From assembly GCA_964247055.1 (NCBI GenBank), contig OZ176054.1, positions 5,146,001 through 5,210,000 on the forward strand: a stretch of DNA of 64,000 nucleotides, in the 5' to 3' direction. This DNA is from Paragordius varius (lineage: Eukaryota; Animalia; Nematomorpha). Within the stretch, counting starts at the first letter, position 1. Every line of letters starts with the position of its first letter. The notes under the pieces were generated by a model, which was not told where the DNA came from, made no database searches, and saw only the letters and a program-made list of their open reading frames with translations. Shown one piece after another: positions 15,201 through 27,312 of the stretch. The position numbers and the translations under genes were made by a program.

Positions 15201-18200
15201 ATATAAGCAAAATGTTTTTCCCGCACTTGGAGTTGTGTTATTCAACAATGTATTTCCACACTCCTCAATATTTGACAGAGGTAACTTATCGAAAATATGA
15301 GATCTTTATGATTTAAGGACTTTTTATATAAAAACATAATTATATAATAATTGTGTAGAAACATCAAAATCCATATTCTACATGCGCAAGTTTGTTGGAT
15401 ACCCTATCAAATACCATGCAAAGGCCCTTTAACAAACCACTTCTCCACGCTGAAGCTAATGAAAACGTTATAAACACGCATTCGACTTTAACTAAAAACA
15501 ATACTAAGCTACTGATAGATCTTAGCTCTTCTTCCATAGGATCCTCTTCGAATCAATCCAATCATTGCCAACAAAATAAAAATCAACCCAATATGATGGA
15601 AGCGCTTATTAATGATAATAATGGTAAATCACCCCTTCCTCCCCTTATCAATGACCCGTTTACCATGATTAATAGAAGTCAACCAAACTATCAAACAATA
15701 AATCATTATGGGTTAAACGATGAAACCAATACATTAAATAGTCAACCGTATGCAAGTAATCACGTAAATTATGGAATCCATAAATTTGAATGCCTTCTGC
15801 TCGACAAAACATTTTTGCTTTGTATGGTTCAGGCGCTTGAAAATCAGCCCAGTTTTACCGTCAAACACAAATCTTATTTTGCTTCTCTCCTTAGCGTTGC
15901 ATTACTCAATCACATGGAGTATATGGCGGAAGTGGTTTTAATTCTGCTAGATAAACTCATCAATTCACATTTCGTTCAACGGAATGTCACACCTCACATA
16001 TGTTTACGACAAACCGAGTCTATTGCTGAAAAAATGCTATCAAACCTTTTAGCTATCGTCATGTATCCTTATGTCAAAGTAATTGACTGAAATTTAATTA
16101 TCCATAAATATTTATTGTTTGACGAAAATTTTAAACATTAAATGTTATAATCTTTAGAAACATACCGGAACATCGCTATTTTACCTTTTCAAAGCACTAA
16201 AGTTTCAAATAGGTAAAGGACCTATTGATGCAGTTACCCATGAGGCCAGATATGCCTTATCAGATGATTATCTTTTAGCCGATAAAGTGGATTATAAAAT
16301 TTTGGTAAGGGTATAGTTTTATTTTTGATTACAATTTTAATCCCGCAAAATATGCTATGGCATAATGAATAATCGTTGTTCTATTTTCAAAATTTATAGT
16401 CAGTAAATGTCATATATTACGAAATTGGCACATCCAATCCACAAAACATAATATGTAAAATCAATGATTGCGACACAATTAATCAAGTCAAAGAAAAAAT
16501 CTTAGATACCATCTACAAAAATATGCCATACAGTTTCAGACCATCAAAGAACTTGTTTGAAATTGGTAATTTGTCTAATCAAAATTTTAATTTCAAGATG
16601 CATATTAATCCTCATTAATCAATAAGTTCAATAACTTTTTTTTTCATTTAGTTTGGAGTCATGGACGTTATGGACCCATAATTCTTGAAGATGAGGACTC
16701 TACGTCGGAAATTACAGAGGCTGGATCGACCGGAAAATTGCTTCGTTTAAACACTATAAAACATTACCGTATAAATGAAGGGACAACCCTATATTTCAGA
16801 CCTATTATTCATGATGTCCATCATAATTATGAAACGATAAAGAGTAAAAGATATATGACAACAAATCCACCCAATACCAATTTTTTGTATGATGATGGAT
16901 TGGCATCAATATTAAGTTCTAGCGTAATGCCTCCTGAAATAGAGTTTATACAAAGGGCACAACTGCAACATATCAATTCAAGGAGAACAATGGATAAACA
17001 TGCGATTATGGATTATACGCCTGAAAGTGGACGAAAAAATATGTTTGGTAATATGAATAGTCCGGGGACTAATAAATTATTCTCGAGTCTTAAAAAGCAT
17101 GTTCAGTATCCTTCATTCAAAAAGAAGGTATTATATGGTGGCCACAATGTTGCGGATGAATCATTACAATTTAATCAACAAAGCATGAATCGGAACAAGA
17201 GTAAAAAATCTCAATTTTTCACTTCACTTGACCCAGAAAAGATTATGAAATGGCATTTGGTATATTTTTTAAATTTATATATAAAACGTAAAAAACTCCC
17301 TTGGAGTAATACATTTTGTTAATTTTTATCTATTATATGAATGATATCTAATTTTGGTGTTTTTATTATTAAAGGTATATCCCAAGGGCGGAGAACCAAA
17401 TAAATCCTGGGATTGTCCAAAGATTATTGCTGAAGTTTTTCTCACTAGACTTTTGTCAACTAAGGTAACAATATAATTTATATGTTTTAAAAAATATTTC
17501 AATATAAATTATTTAAATTTACATTAAAATATAATGTATGCAGGGAACTGTACAAAAATTTGTGGATGATTTGTTTACATCCGTATTTAGCCTTGAAAAC
17601 GATTTACCTCCATTTGTTAAATATCTCTTTGATTTTTTGGATAATCAAGCACACCAATATTTTCCTAATGATCCTAACCTATCCCATACTTGGAAAAATA
17701 ATTGGTATATTATTGAAAAATTGTCGTTTTAAAACGTATTTTTTCCCCTAAAAATTACATTGTTTAAATGGCTAATTTGGATAAAAAATATTCATTTATA
17801 GTCTACCGCTAAGGTTTTGGATTAATGTCATAAAAAATCCTGATTTCATTTTTGATGTTTGGAAAACGCCTACAATTGATTCATCCCTTTCGGTAATTGC
17901 TCAAACGTTCATGGATTCTTGTTCTTTGTCTGAGCACAAACTTGGAAAGGTATGCTACATTCAATAAAATTTCACTTTTTTAGAAAAACACAAATTTTTT
18001 GCATTTTCATAATTTATACAATTTGTATATGTTTGATCATATAGGATTCACCATCCAACAAATTGCTGTATGCCAAAGATATTCCCAATTATAAAAAAAT
18101 GCTAGTGAGATTTTACGACGATCTCCAAAATTTACCCAAAGTTAGCGATCTCAGACTCAAAGAATCCCTAAAAGAGAATGAGGTTATATTCATATATACC

Positions 18201-19268
18201 ATTTACACTTCAAATTCACTCATGAACAATTCAGATTCACCCTCGAACAATTCGAATTCACTCTAAAATAAATTATGTTTCTTAAGATTAAAAATTGCTA
18301 TATTTTTTGTTAAAAAATATAATTTTGTTTAAAATTAAAATAATACTGGAAAAATAATAAACTAAGCCATAAAGATATAGGAGTATTATTAGCCTGAAAA
18401 AACATGATTTATTGGGGTGAATTTGACAAGGGTGAATTAGAATTGTTGATATACCATAAAAATATTTTCTTTAATTAGTGTACAATGATAATTACTAACA
18501 TATGAATAACACTCTTTATATGATATCAAATAGAACTTTGCCAACAGCGACGTAAATAAACCATTGGTTTACAATCACATAATGTCATATATGCTAAAGT
18601 ATCGTACAGAAATTGTGGAATATCTCGATTCCAACCAGGCCAGTTCATCGAAAAATCTCCCCCATTCTTTCTACACATGCTGTGAAATGTTTGGTAACCC
18701 AAATCCATCAAATCAAATGGATTGTTTGTATGGAGAAGCAGTTAATAAAAATGCATCTAAAAACAGTAAGCTACACATAAAAAATGAGTTTACGGAAGAG
18801 GATTCCATAAAACTTTTACCCAATGTTGTCAATTCAATCCTTCCTACACCCATGATATATCAACCTTATCATATGGTGGAAAGCAATAATAATAATTTAC
18901 CAGTCAACAATAATGATAATGTGCCTGGTAATTTGTTGTATGATACCATCGAAAAATTTAGTTACATCATGACTAATCGGGGTTATACTCTTTTACCCTC
19001 AATAAATGCCAATAGCAATGCTAGTAATGCTATATCTAATAATACCACGCATTTTAAAAATGATTCTTACAATCATTTACCCGCTTTATATCGTGGTAAC
19101 GGAGAAGTTAATCAACAACCATATGGGTTAACTGGAGACTTAACCACAAAAAGAGTACGAGAGTTACAGCAATATAGACAAAATCCTCAGTTTATGAGGA
19201 TGAATAATACTGATAACAAACAATTTATACATGTTTCAACTTATCCGCCTAGACCTGAGATTTTTTAA
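6279..19268 (+). CDS. PlexB: Plexin, invertebrate Plexin-B-like (Sema-PSI-IPT ectodomain, TM helix, split RasGAP-like domain with RBD); 27 exons
   Basis: Hand-spliced with GT-AG and consistent phases: 6279-7637, 9678-9869, 9976-10104, 10344-10441, 10525-10651, 10754-10922, 11000-11202, 11287-11523, 11818-12219, 12312-12454, 12662-12782, 12897-13036, 13105-13329, 13421-13526, 13607-13729, 13957-14292, 14388-14664, 15117-15280, 15359-16078, 16158-16304, 16400-16565, 16652-17259, 17375-17464, 17544-17704, 17802-17949, 18045-18182, 18534-19268. Signal peptide [17 protein letters not shown]; PSI motif [14 protein letters not shown]; IPT starts such as [16 protein letters not shown] and [10 protein letters not shown]; [25 protein letters not shown]; plexin cytoplasmic motifs [101 protein letters not shown]. 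As I recall the family, the juxtamembrane [23 protein letters not shown] resembles insect PlexB more than PlexA. Confidence 0.95.
14721..14967. mobile_element. hAT (Charlie-like) MITE relic in plexin intron 17
   Basis: Starts CAGGGGTGTCCAA, the same terminus as 26224 and 56207. Only a degenerate right end (ttggataccgccagg) is visible near 14953-14967. Confidence 0.45.
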
Positions 19269-19617
19269 TTTTTACTGTTATAAAAATATTTGGCATTTAT
19301 TAAGCGCTATATCATATATATATATATATAGGTAATGACATTTACACATGGCATTTATTTATTACTGTATTTAGTATTAATTATTAAATTAAAGTGCAAT
19401 ATAAATTTTATAATTTTCAAATACATACATGTATGAATATGTGATATCGACTAATTCCAAAAATCCCAATTTACAGATTTTAAATTTATTTAGCAATTTT
19501 TCTTGATAATACCTACGAAATATAAATTCTATCCTACCAATAAATGATTTATTTTTTGAAATTAAACTGAATCTTTACAACTTTTGTATATCATATCGCC
19601 CAATATTTATATATATA

Positions 19618-20164
19618 CTAGCGTAAATTTCGTGCTGCTATGCAGCCCAAGGAAGTCTTTCGGACTTCTGGGGGGCTATTTGAAAAAAGGGACAAATTAT
19701 TTAATAGCTATGATATCAGTGGAATTTTAAACGGTGCATTCATACTAATATATTGTTTACTTGGGCGAAAAATAGATTCAAAAAATTATTTTTGTGGACT
19801 TAATTTTTTTGAAAAAAAATGGCATTTTACGGAGGGAGCGGGTAAAAAGAGGGCCTAAATTAAAAAAGCGAGCCGACTATGTTCGGCGAAATCGAAAATA
19901 AGTAAAGGGAAATCATATTGGAAATCGAATGGTCCAACACGTTTTCCGGAATTGTCTCAAAGACCCGATTTTTTGGATTTTTTTAAAAAACTCGTTTTTT
20001 ACACGGGGTGGGCCCGAACTGGGGGCTTAATTAAAAAGGGGGGAAGCTATGTCGAGGCATTCATTAATGATTATATTTTTTCGACATTTGGATTTGGATG
20101 GGTCTACCGGTTCTCCGGATACAGATCATAAAGCCAGCATTTTCCATTTTTATAAATATATAGA
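19618..20164 (-). mobile_element. Non-autonomous Helitron, copy 1 (547 bp, no internal tandem expansion)
   Basis: On the minus strand it begins A|TCTATATATTTATAAAAATGG and ends with two hairpins plus ATTTACGCTAG|T, i.e. TC...CTAG termini in an A/T target with no TSD. The body is homologous to the repeat unit at 35040-35540. Confidence 0.85.
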
Positions 20165-20214
20165 TTTTAAAATTTAATTTTAGCGGTAAAACATGAATTA
20201 TAAAAATTAGTGCT

Positions 20215-20500
20215 GTTTAGTCATTAAATTGATTTTTATGAAACCCTAAGCGCTATACTTTAAATTTACGGTTAAACCTAGTGTTAATTTTTATTTTAAA
20301 ATTTTCAGTTTATTTACAATAAATGTCAAATAAATTTAATTTAAATTCGTATAAACGACTGCATTCATACCTAAATTCAAAGTTGAATATATATGTACGA
20401 AATTATGTGAAAACCCCAAGTCAAATAGTTGTGTCGTACTGATAATGCTAACAAGTAGGAAACTAGTCTGCGATTTCTATTGACGATGGGATACAGATAT
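20215..20500 (-). mobile_element. Partial relative of the long-TIR MITE at 54765-55193
   Basis: The reverse complement contains aatagaaatcgcagactagtttcctacttgttagcattatcagtacgac and aaataaactgaaaatt...agtatagcgcttagggtttcataaaaatcaatttaat, which match the interior of the 54.8-55.1 kb element. Confidence 0.7.
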
Positions 20501-21632
20501 CATTTAGTATTTTCACAATTAATTTTCATATATTTTTCAGTTTAATTTTGCTTTACACCATTGTTTTACGGATTTTAAAATGTAAGGCGTTCAAAAAGTT
20601 GTAACTCAAAAAAACAAATGGGTGGTAGACATATTATATCAAGCCTCATTAATTATTCAATAAAGGGGGTGTTTATTTAAAATTTAAATCTACACTTCAC
20701 CCTACGGTAGAAACGCAAAAAATTTATCAGAAAAGGTCGACTTAATTCTATTATTATCTATTTGTATTTAATAATGTTATGCCCACACAATATAATGATA
20801 CGTTTTCTTACTAACTCCTGAGTTTGCAATTGGTTACAACAGCTTTTCATTATAAAAACGTGGAGGCCTATTAAAGTTTTTGGCTGTTCATAAATTATTC
20901 TGCGTAGGTATAGCATAAACGAAAACTTTACCATTGGATAATTTTGGCAGTCGTATAAAACCCTTTCTACGATAGAGGTATTAAGAACCAAAAATTCCAT
21001 ATTTAAAAGGATGTATTAAAATTTACACTGTTATCTTTGAGAAAACTTTTCAAAACCGTGAGCATATGGTGGAAAATTTTTATCATTTATAAATGCTCCG
21101 ATTTTAGTCACTACACCTTAGTTAATCCTCATCTCCCGAGAATATAGGGGTTTAAAAATCCTAATAACTGTTTTTGTTAATTTCTGGTGCCCCAACCAAA
21201 CAAAAAATATTTTAGTTTATTACGAATGCAACGAGCATAAGCAGACCTTTTTTTTAAAATAGACCATAATAGACAGGTTCTTCCCCATACATTTAAAATA
21301 TTTACCATAAATAAAATTTTGTAAAGATATGTCAAAATTATGAGACTATAATCAATTATGGTTTTGGAATCCAAGCATAAAAGCAAAATGATCCTAGCAT
21401 TTCGATTAGTCGTTGGGTAGATTTCCACACTCTCTCGATCGGCCACCATATATAAATTAAGTGGCTTTGAAGCTCGCCTAAGTTATGGGACTATATGCCT
21501 TCAATTTGATAACTTTTCCGTTTAAATACAAATTTTTTTAGCAAGTGTCATTTTGGTTAGCCGCTGATAGGACCCCTACTATATAAAATACGCCACCAAA
21601 CATAAATTCGTCTTGATTGTGAACTATTAATA

Positions 21633-24619
21633 CCAGGTGTACTCATAAGTTATTACTGGTTTAGGTAAGAGAAGACTTCAGTGGCGTACCGATCATTTGC
21701 GGCGCCCGGGGCATAAAACTCTTATGGCGCCCCCCTCCCTTTTTGGAAGCCAATGAAACAATTTCATTAAAAAATACAAACGTTGCAACCTAAACATAGA
21801 TAAGACAGCACAGTCATATCCATTTTAAATCTATAAAATATATATACACTAATTTATTTATATTCAAATACATACATGTAGATATTCTAATAAATTCTAT
21901 AATACGAAAATTATATATATAATAATACCCTTAGATATCATTGGGATCTACAATTTGATAACTGAATATTATCCATATTTAGATTTTCTAAAATTACCTT
22001 TTCAATTGACATTGCATTTTGTTGAATAATTGAAATAAACCCAAAAAGGATTTTTTGTGACAACACTTTCTTTTTCTCATAAATAAACACATACTTGACA
22101 ACGTGAGAAATTTTCTCTCAGTGAGATATATCTGGCGTTGAATCAAATATAAGTCCATAATATTTACTTTTTTTGTGCCATCGATCAATTTAGCTTTAAC
22201 TCTTGAAGTTAAAAGGTGTATAAACTTGTTTTGAATTTTGGATGAAACATAGGATAAAGTGTTAGGAGATTCAATGTTTCTCATGTGTTCTCCCATTATT
22301 AGGTCAAACTAAAACTGACCTACAAGTTTTAGTAAAGATAAGAGGTTTCCAGGTTTTGCTGCTGAGTCATCTAGATACATTAAACTTTTCAACATGTCCT
22401 CGAAAAGGGAGATTTTGGGTGATTAAAATATTTCGCCATCGATCCTCTTCCGATTGTATGTGAGCCTCTCTAACAGAAATTCCTGTTTTATTTATCAATC
22501 TTCTTTCTGCCTCTTTGCAAGTATTAAATGCTTTCCGATCATTGAGGCTATTTTCAGGATGGATTAATTTATCTTTTTTCCCCCCATTTATTAAAAGATG
22601 ATGATGAGGAATAGATAAATAAAAAATTTGGCAACAAAAACAATACGCAGATCTGTTCTTTGGTGAATATAAAAGCCAAGACCTCTCATCTTCAAATCCT
22701 TCTTTTTCACCACTTGTATTGAAAAACCAAGATTGGGACATTAAACGATGATTTTTTGTTTCAAAGAGAGTGCATTTATTTTATCCTTGAGATCCACGAA
22801 TAAACATTTCTGTGCGAAGTTGATTAGATATTACGGGAACTTTATTATTACTAAATTCAAAAAAGGCGACCTATAGGTATAGCCCTTGGAATTAATGGTA
22901 TATTTGTGGTTTTCTCTCTATCAATAACTAGGGTTTCAGGTGTTAAGTATTATTAAAAGGTACCGTTATTTGTGAGGCATTCATTTTTTCAATGTTATGG
23001 TCAGATATTTTTGGTAAATATGCATTTTATTTGCTTTATTCTCTTCCTATATTTTTCGTTTTTTATTTGTGTAACCGTTGAGTTGAGGCATTAATATCTG
23101 AGAAAATGAAAGTTATAAAAAATAGAATGCTATATTGATTATAAAAACCAACCTTGTTAGAGATGGAATGATCTTGGGGATTTAGATAAATAAAAATTGG
23201 GTTTTGAAATTAAATATGATTAAAATAAAAATGTAATTATAAATTATAAGAATAAGAGATAAGGTTTTGAACAGAGAGAAGTTAAAATAATTTAATTATA
23301 GGCAATAAAAGAATAAAAATATGTGCGTGATAAAAAAACGTTTTTTAAGCGAAAAAATAAGTTTCCACATGTTGAAGGGAATAACAGTTGTTTTTTTATA
23401 ATGTTTGCTCTTAATCTCATTTATATAATTTTTATATTATTTTAGGGATTATTGCTTAAATTGCTGAAAAATCTTACTTGAAAGTTGTTATTATTTTTGC
23501 ATAATTTAGATTTAATTAAAAAAAATCATTTTGGCGCCCCTAAATAACGGCGTCCGGGGCATGATGCACCCCCTTGCGTCCCCTCGGTACGCCACTGGGA
23601 GACATCAGCACAAATATCGCAGACGAAAACGATACATTCCTGTTGCTTAATTTAGAATAAATAACGAACTCAAGAAGTTTAGTTCGCCAAAAACAAGTTT
23701 ATTAAAATCGGCACTTAAGAGCATCTTTGACATGCATTGCCATCAAAAGAATAAGGCTGTGAAGGTTATTTGCCGGCGGAAACATCTGAACATGCTCTAT
23801 CATTAATACATATGAAACATGGTTTTAAAATATTGAAAGTTGATATTTCATGTGAAAGAGGGTGGGCGCCTACCACACACAACTATGAGGACGCTAAAAG
23901 GAAAGAGTTATGGGATGAGGATCAACTCAAACTCTGCGGCAATTGACAGAAACACAAAAAACAATCGCTATCTCCGAGCAATGGGAAAATAAATCCGATT
24001 ATTGGTTTCAAACAATTATGAACGTAAAATCGAAAATCTCAAAGTCACTTGTAAAATCTGTTTAAACATCACGAAAGAAATCATTCTTGCATCCAAATGC
24101 GACGGTTGATAAAAAATGGCTTATTTTGTAGTGATTTTTACCTTGCCACCGGTACATTAATATGCATCGCTTCGGTCTGGTGAGACCAGAGCCATATTGT
24201 TTAATATAAACTTTTGCAGCCGGGTCTGACCGTTTTACACAGAGCTCACACCAACAAATGAAAACATGCATTATTCGAAACGATCGGGAAGGGCCAGAAA
24301 ACCGATTTGAGACTTGACAATATTCCATAATAAAACCAGTAAAAAAATTTTAATATCGATTTGGTGGGGAATACTTTTGAATTAACTGAATCCAGATTTG
24401 GCACCATCTATCTAATACAACTTTGTGTCAAAAATAATTTCGAAGGCGTGAAAATGGCTTGAATGTTTTTCCGCAAAAGACATGTAGTTTTTCTTGCAGG
24501 GCTTTTACATATTACCCCAGAGATGAGCGTTTGTAGAAGCCGATAAACAATATTTTATTTAAATTAATTTCCTTTAAAAATTTATACCAAAAACAGGTAA
24601 AAATATATGATTATGCCTA
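21633..24619 (+). mobile_element. Decayed Mos1-like mariner, interrupted by a hAT insertion at 21679-23597
   Basis: Left end TA|CCAGGTGTACTCATAAGTTATTACTGGTTT is Mos1-like; a degenerate right TIR lies at about 24590-24619. Broken transposase motifs occur in order between 23715 and 24560: EHL*HAL..., ETWF, DSTQTLRQL, GK..., KSFLHPNATVDKKWL (equivalent to SFLHRIVTGDEKWI), LDN, PDLAPS, NFEGVK.WL..KDM*FFLQG..LPQR..YF. Confidence 0.8.
21679..23597 (-). mobile_element. Internally deleted hAT transposon with ZMYM1-like transposase pseudogene (TTF zinc finger + DUF4371-type region)
   Basis: Perfect 14-bp TIRs CAGTGGCGTACCGA / TCGGTACGCCACTG; degenerate 8-bp TSD gaagactt / ggagacat (6/8); subterminal GGCGCCC motifs at both ends. 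Minus-strand ORF fragments 22367-22741 (RSWLLYSPKNRSAYCFCCQIF, RWRNIL..QNLPFRGH) and 21994-22296 (YVSSKIQNKFIHLL). Confidence 0.9.
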
Positions 24620-25113
24620 TATCAGAATTTCATGACTAACGAGTAATTAAAATAATTAAATCAGCATTTTCACTAATAGCTATAAAACTCTTAAATTTAG
24701 CGGACTTTATGCTAAATAATTGTTTTGGTCGAATATATTATATACATTTAAAAGGCTAAACAATGTCATAATATTATTTTTGACAGAGCTCTGGAAATTA
24801 AAATCTGTGAAACCCGTCGAGATAGGCTATGAATATAAAAATATATAAAAGAGGATATCGGGAAATTTAATATATCCCCAGTATCAGAATCATTTATCAG
24901 TATTTTAATTATATTTGTTCGCCATAAAATAAAAATAAAACTAATTTGTGGCAAATATATGTCACGAAATATTTTTTTATAATATTTTAATGCTCTCACT
25001 AAGTATGCTTTAAGATACATAATTACGTTCGATCAAAATTTTGTTGAAATATGATTTTAAGCAAAGGATGCCATTAAAATAAGGGTTTTGATGTAATAAT
25101 AGATTATAATTTA

Positions 25114-25390
25114 CTAGCTGTATTCATACGTTCTTACCGGTTTAACGAAGAACTTCAGCAAAAAGTACGCGGACGATTGTTTTAATACACACCCCATTTT
25201 GTTAATGTAAAATTAAACCACAAACACCATATTCACCGAAAACTAGGGTCATACTTATATTATTCAGTATTGTCGAATTTTATGCCTGCAAAACAAATGT
25301 GACACGCATTGCCATCAGAAGAAAAGTCTGTTGAAAGTTATCGTTTTTTAGTAGAAACATATGGGGAACACGCTCTATCGGCATCAATGA
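25114..25390 (+). mobile_element. Mariner 5' fragment, same family as 21633
   Basis: TA|CTAGCTGTATTCATACGTTCTTACCGGTTT matches the 21633 left TIR at 24 of 30 positions. It is followed by SNFMPAKQM*HAL..EKSVESYRFLVETYGEHALSAS, a Mos1-like N-terminus. Confidence 0.75.
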
Positions 25391-26223
25391 GGTACACTCT
25401 CGCAGATCAGAACCAATATTTTTTAGTACGTTGGAAAATGGCTCTAAAATGTTCTGCATAAGAGAATGAATTTTTATGGCACTGTATTCTAAACTTTGAA
25501 ATAAAATAATTGATTGATTTCCTCTCATACATTTTTTTACTAAATAATTGAAACGCATATGAACACACCTGGTAATCATCAATCCCGTCTTTTTGCATTT
25601 TTTAAAAACCAACTCCTCTAGACAGGTCTCGAAAATGGGTAACCTTTGGGAAAAATGACTGTTCTTTTGCGCTTTTTTATATATGTTACCAAAATTTATT
25701 TAGGATAATGTGTGCTTATTTGCGATTATTTAAAGGAAATCATAGTTTACATAATTCTTTTTGAACCCATAATCCCCAGAATTAAAAATAAATGAGATTC
25801 GTGACATATTCTACCAGAATTCACGCATTTCATCTGGATATTTTATGGCAGTTATAATTATATTTATTTATTGAGAAAAACTTCCATTAAAAAGCAAGAA
25901 AATTGTTTAATACAATCGTTTGCGCAAAACGCACGGTGTTTTTATTGAGCTGGCTAAAATTGATTTCTAATTTTCATCTTTTAGAAGGTCGTGGTTTGGT
26001 TTCAGTTTTAAGTTAAAAAAGCGAAATGGGTCTGAGGCTTGGAAATATGTTTTGTTGCTTAATTCATCCATGATAATAATGTTAAATCGAATTCTCTTGA
26101 TGATAGTGGAATATTGTTTACAACGACTAAAAATGGTTGCAAAGTTAAAAGTTTACCGGTTTCGCATAAATTATATTCCGTAGATAATCTGAAAAAAATA
26201 ATAGATAGCTAATATATTTATAG

Positions 26224-26490
26224 CAGGGGTGTCCAACACAAATGGCTTCGAGGGCAAATTCGGCTTAAAAAATTCGGGGGGCCGCTTTTAAAATTTTGGG
26301 CATTCATAAATAATTTATAAGATTTCAAACATAAGATTGCAAAATGCCAACGCAATATTACATTTTTTTCTGTTCTTAAGAATTGGAGGGACTTATTTAG
26401 AAATTTTTTAATTATCACTTTCTTTAATATTTTATGAGCATATTTTGCAAAAATTTTCAAATTTTTCGCGGGCTGCACATAAAGGCTGGG
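26224..26490. mobile_element. hAT (Charlie-like) MITE left end
   Basis: CAGGGGTGTCCAACACAAATGGCTT is shared exactly with 56207-56231. No clear right TIR. Confidence 0.55.
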
Positions 26491-27312
26491 CTTCTATAGC
26501 ACAGTGTACGATAATTACTTTGCTAATGCAGAAAATATGGATGTATTTATCTGACATCCAATAGATATCGCAGAAATTCATATATTTGAGGTGAGTACAG
26601 GTAATTTAAAGTTTTTATATTTATTGCTATAATTGAAGATATCGAACAGAATGTTGCCTTCATTTGGTTTTTTTGAGCGATAATTTATTATTTTTTCAAA
26701 TAATTGAAAATTTTTCGTTTGTTATTAAATAATTCAAATTTGGAATATAACTCTATTGTGTTGTTTTCTATCAAAGTGAAAGTCGTTGTCGATTTAAAGC
26801 TTTTCGTAGGTAAAACATTGTGTTAACACATTTCATGCGTATAGCGATTCGGGGGAACATAAAAATTAAAAATATGATCCCATTACTAGTTATTGATCTA
26901 GTTTATTATTATTTTTGTTTTCGGTTATTGTTTTTTTCTACGATTTATTTTAATTTTTCTTGATTCACTGCAATTTAAGCATTTTTCAAAATTATATCCA
27001 ACAATAAAGTCCCCTCATTTGGGGTAATATACCTCAATCGTAATTTTAAATCTAGATATATATATGAAAATCTCAAAAGTTGACAAATAGAATAAAATTT
27101 AGGAGCAAAAAGGCTAAGTAAAAGGCGGTCACAAGAATGGTGCCAGTAGCAAGTTTATTTAAATTTTATAACGATAGAAATATTTGATTTAAATTAACCA
27201 AAATAATCATAAATTTTACAATCAAAATATAATTTACTGTAACGATATAAAGTAAAATTATAAATGTGTGATAACCAATATTGCACGACAAAATTCGATG
27301 AATTAAACTAAT

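Noticed and set aside
6586-18711. Overlapping or antisense ORFs within plexin (6586, 7087, 11248, 13772, 14208, 17560, 18526)
   Set aside because: They are shadows of the plexin coding exons in other frames.
25390-25660. ORFs 25280-25612 and 25407-25598 as a gene
   Set aside because: Partly antisense to a mariner fragment. The remainder may be another transposase relic but has no motif I can assign.
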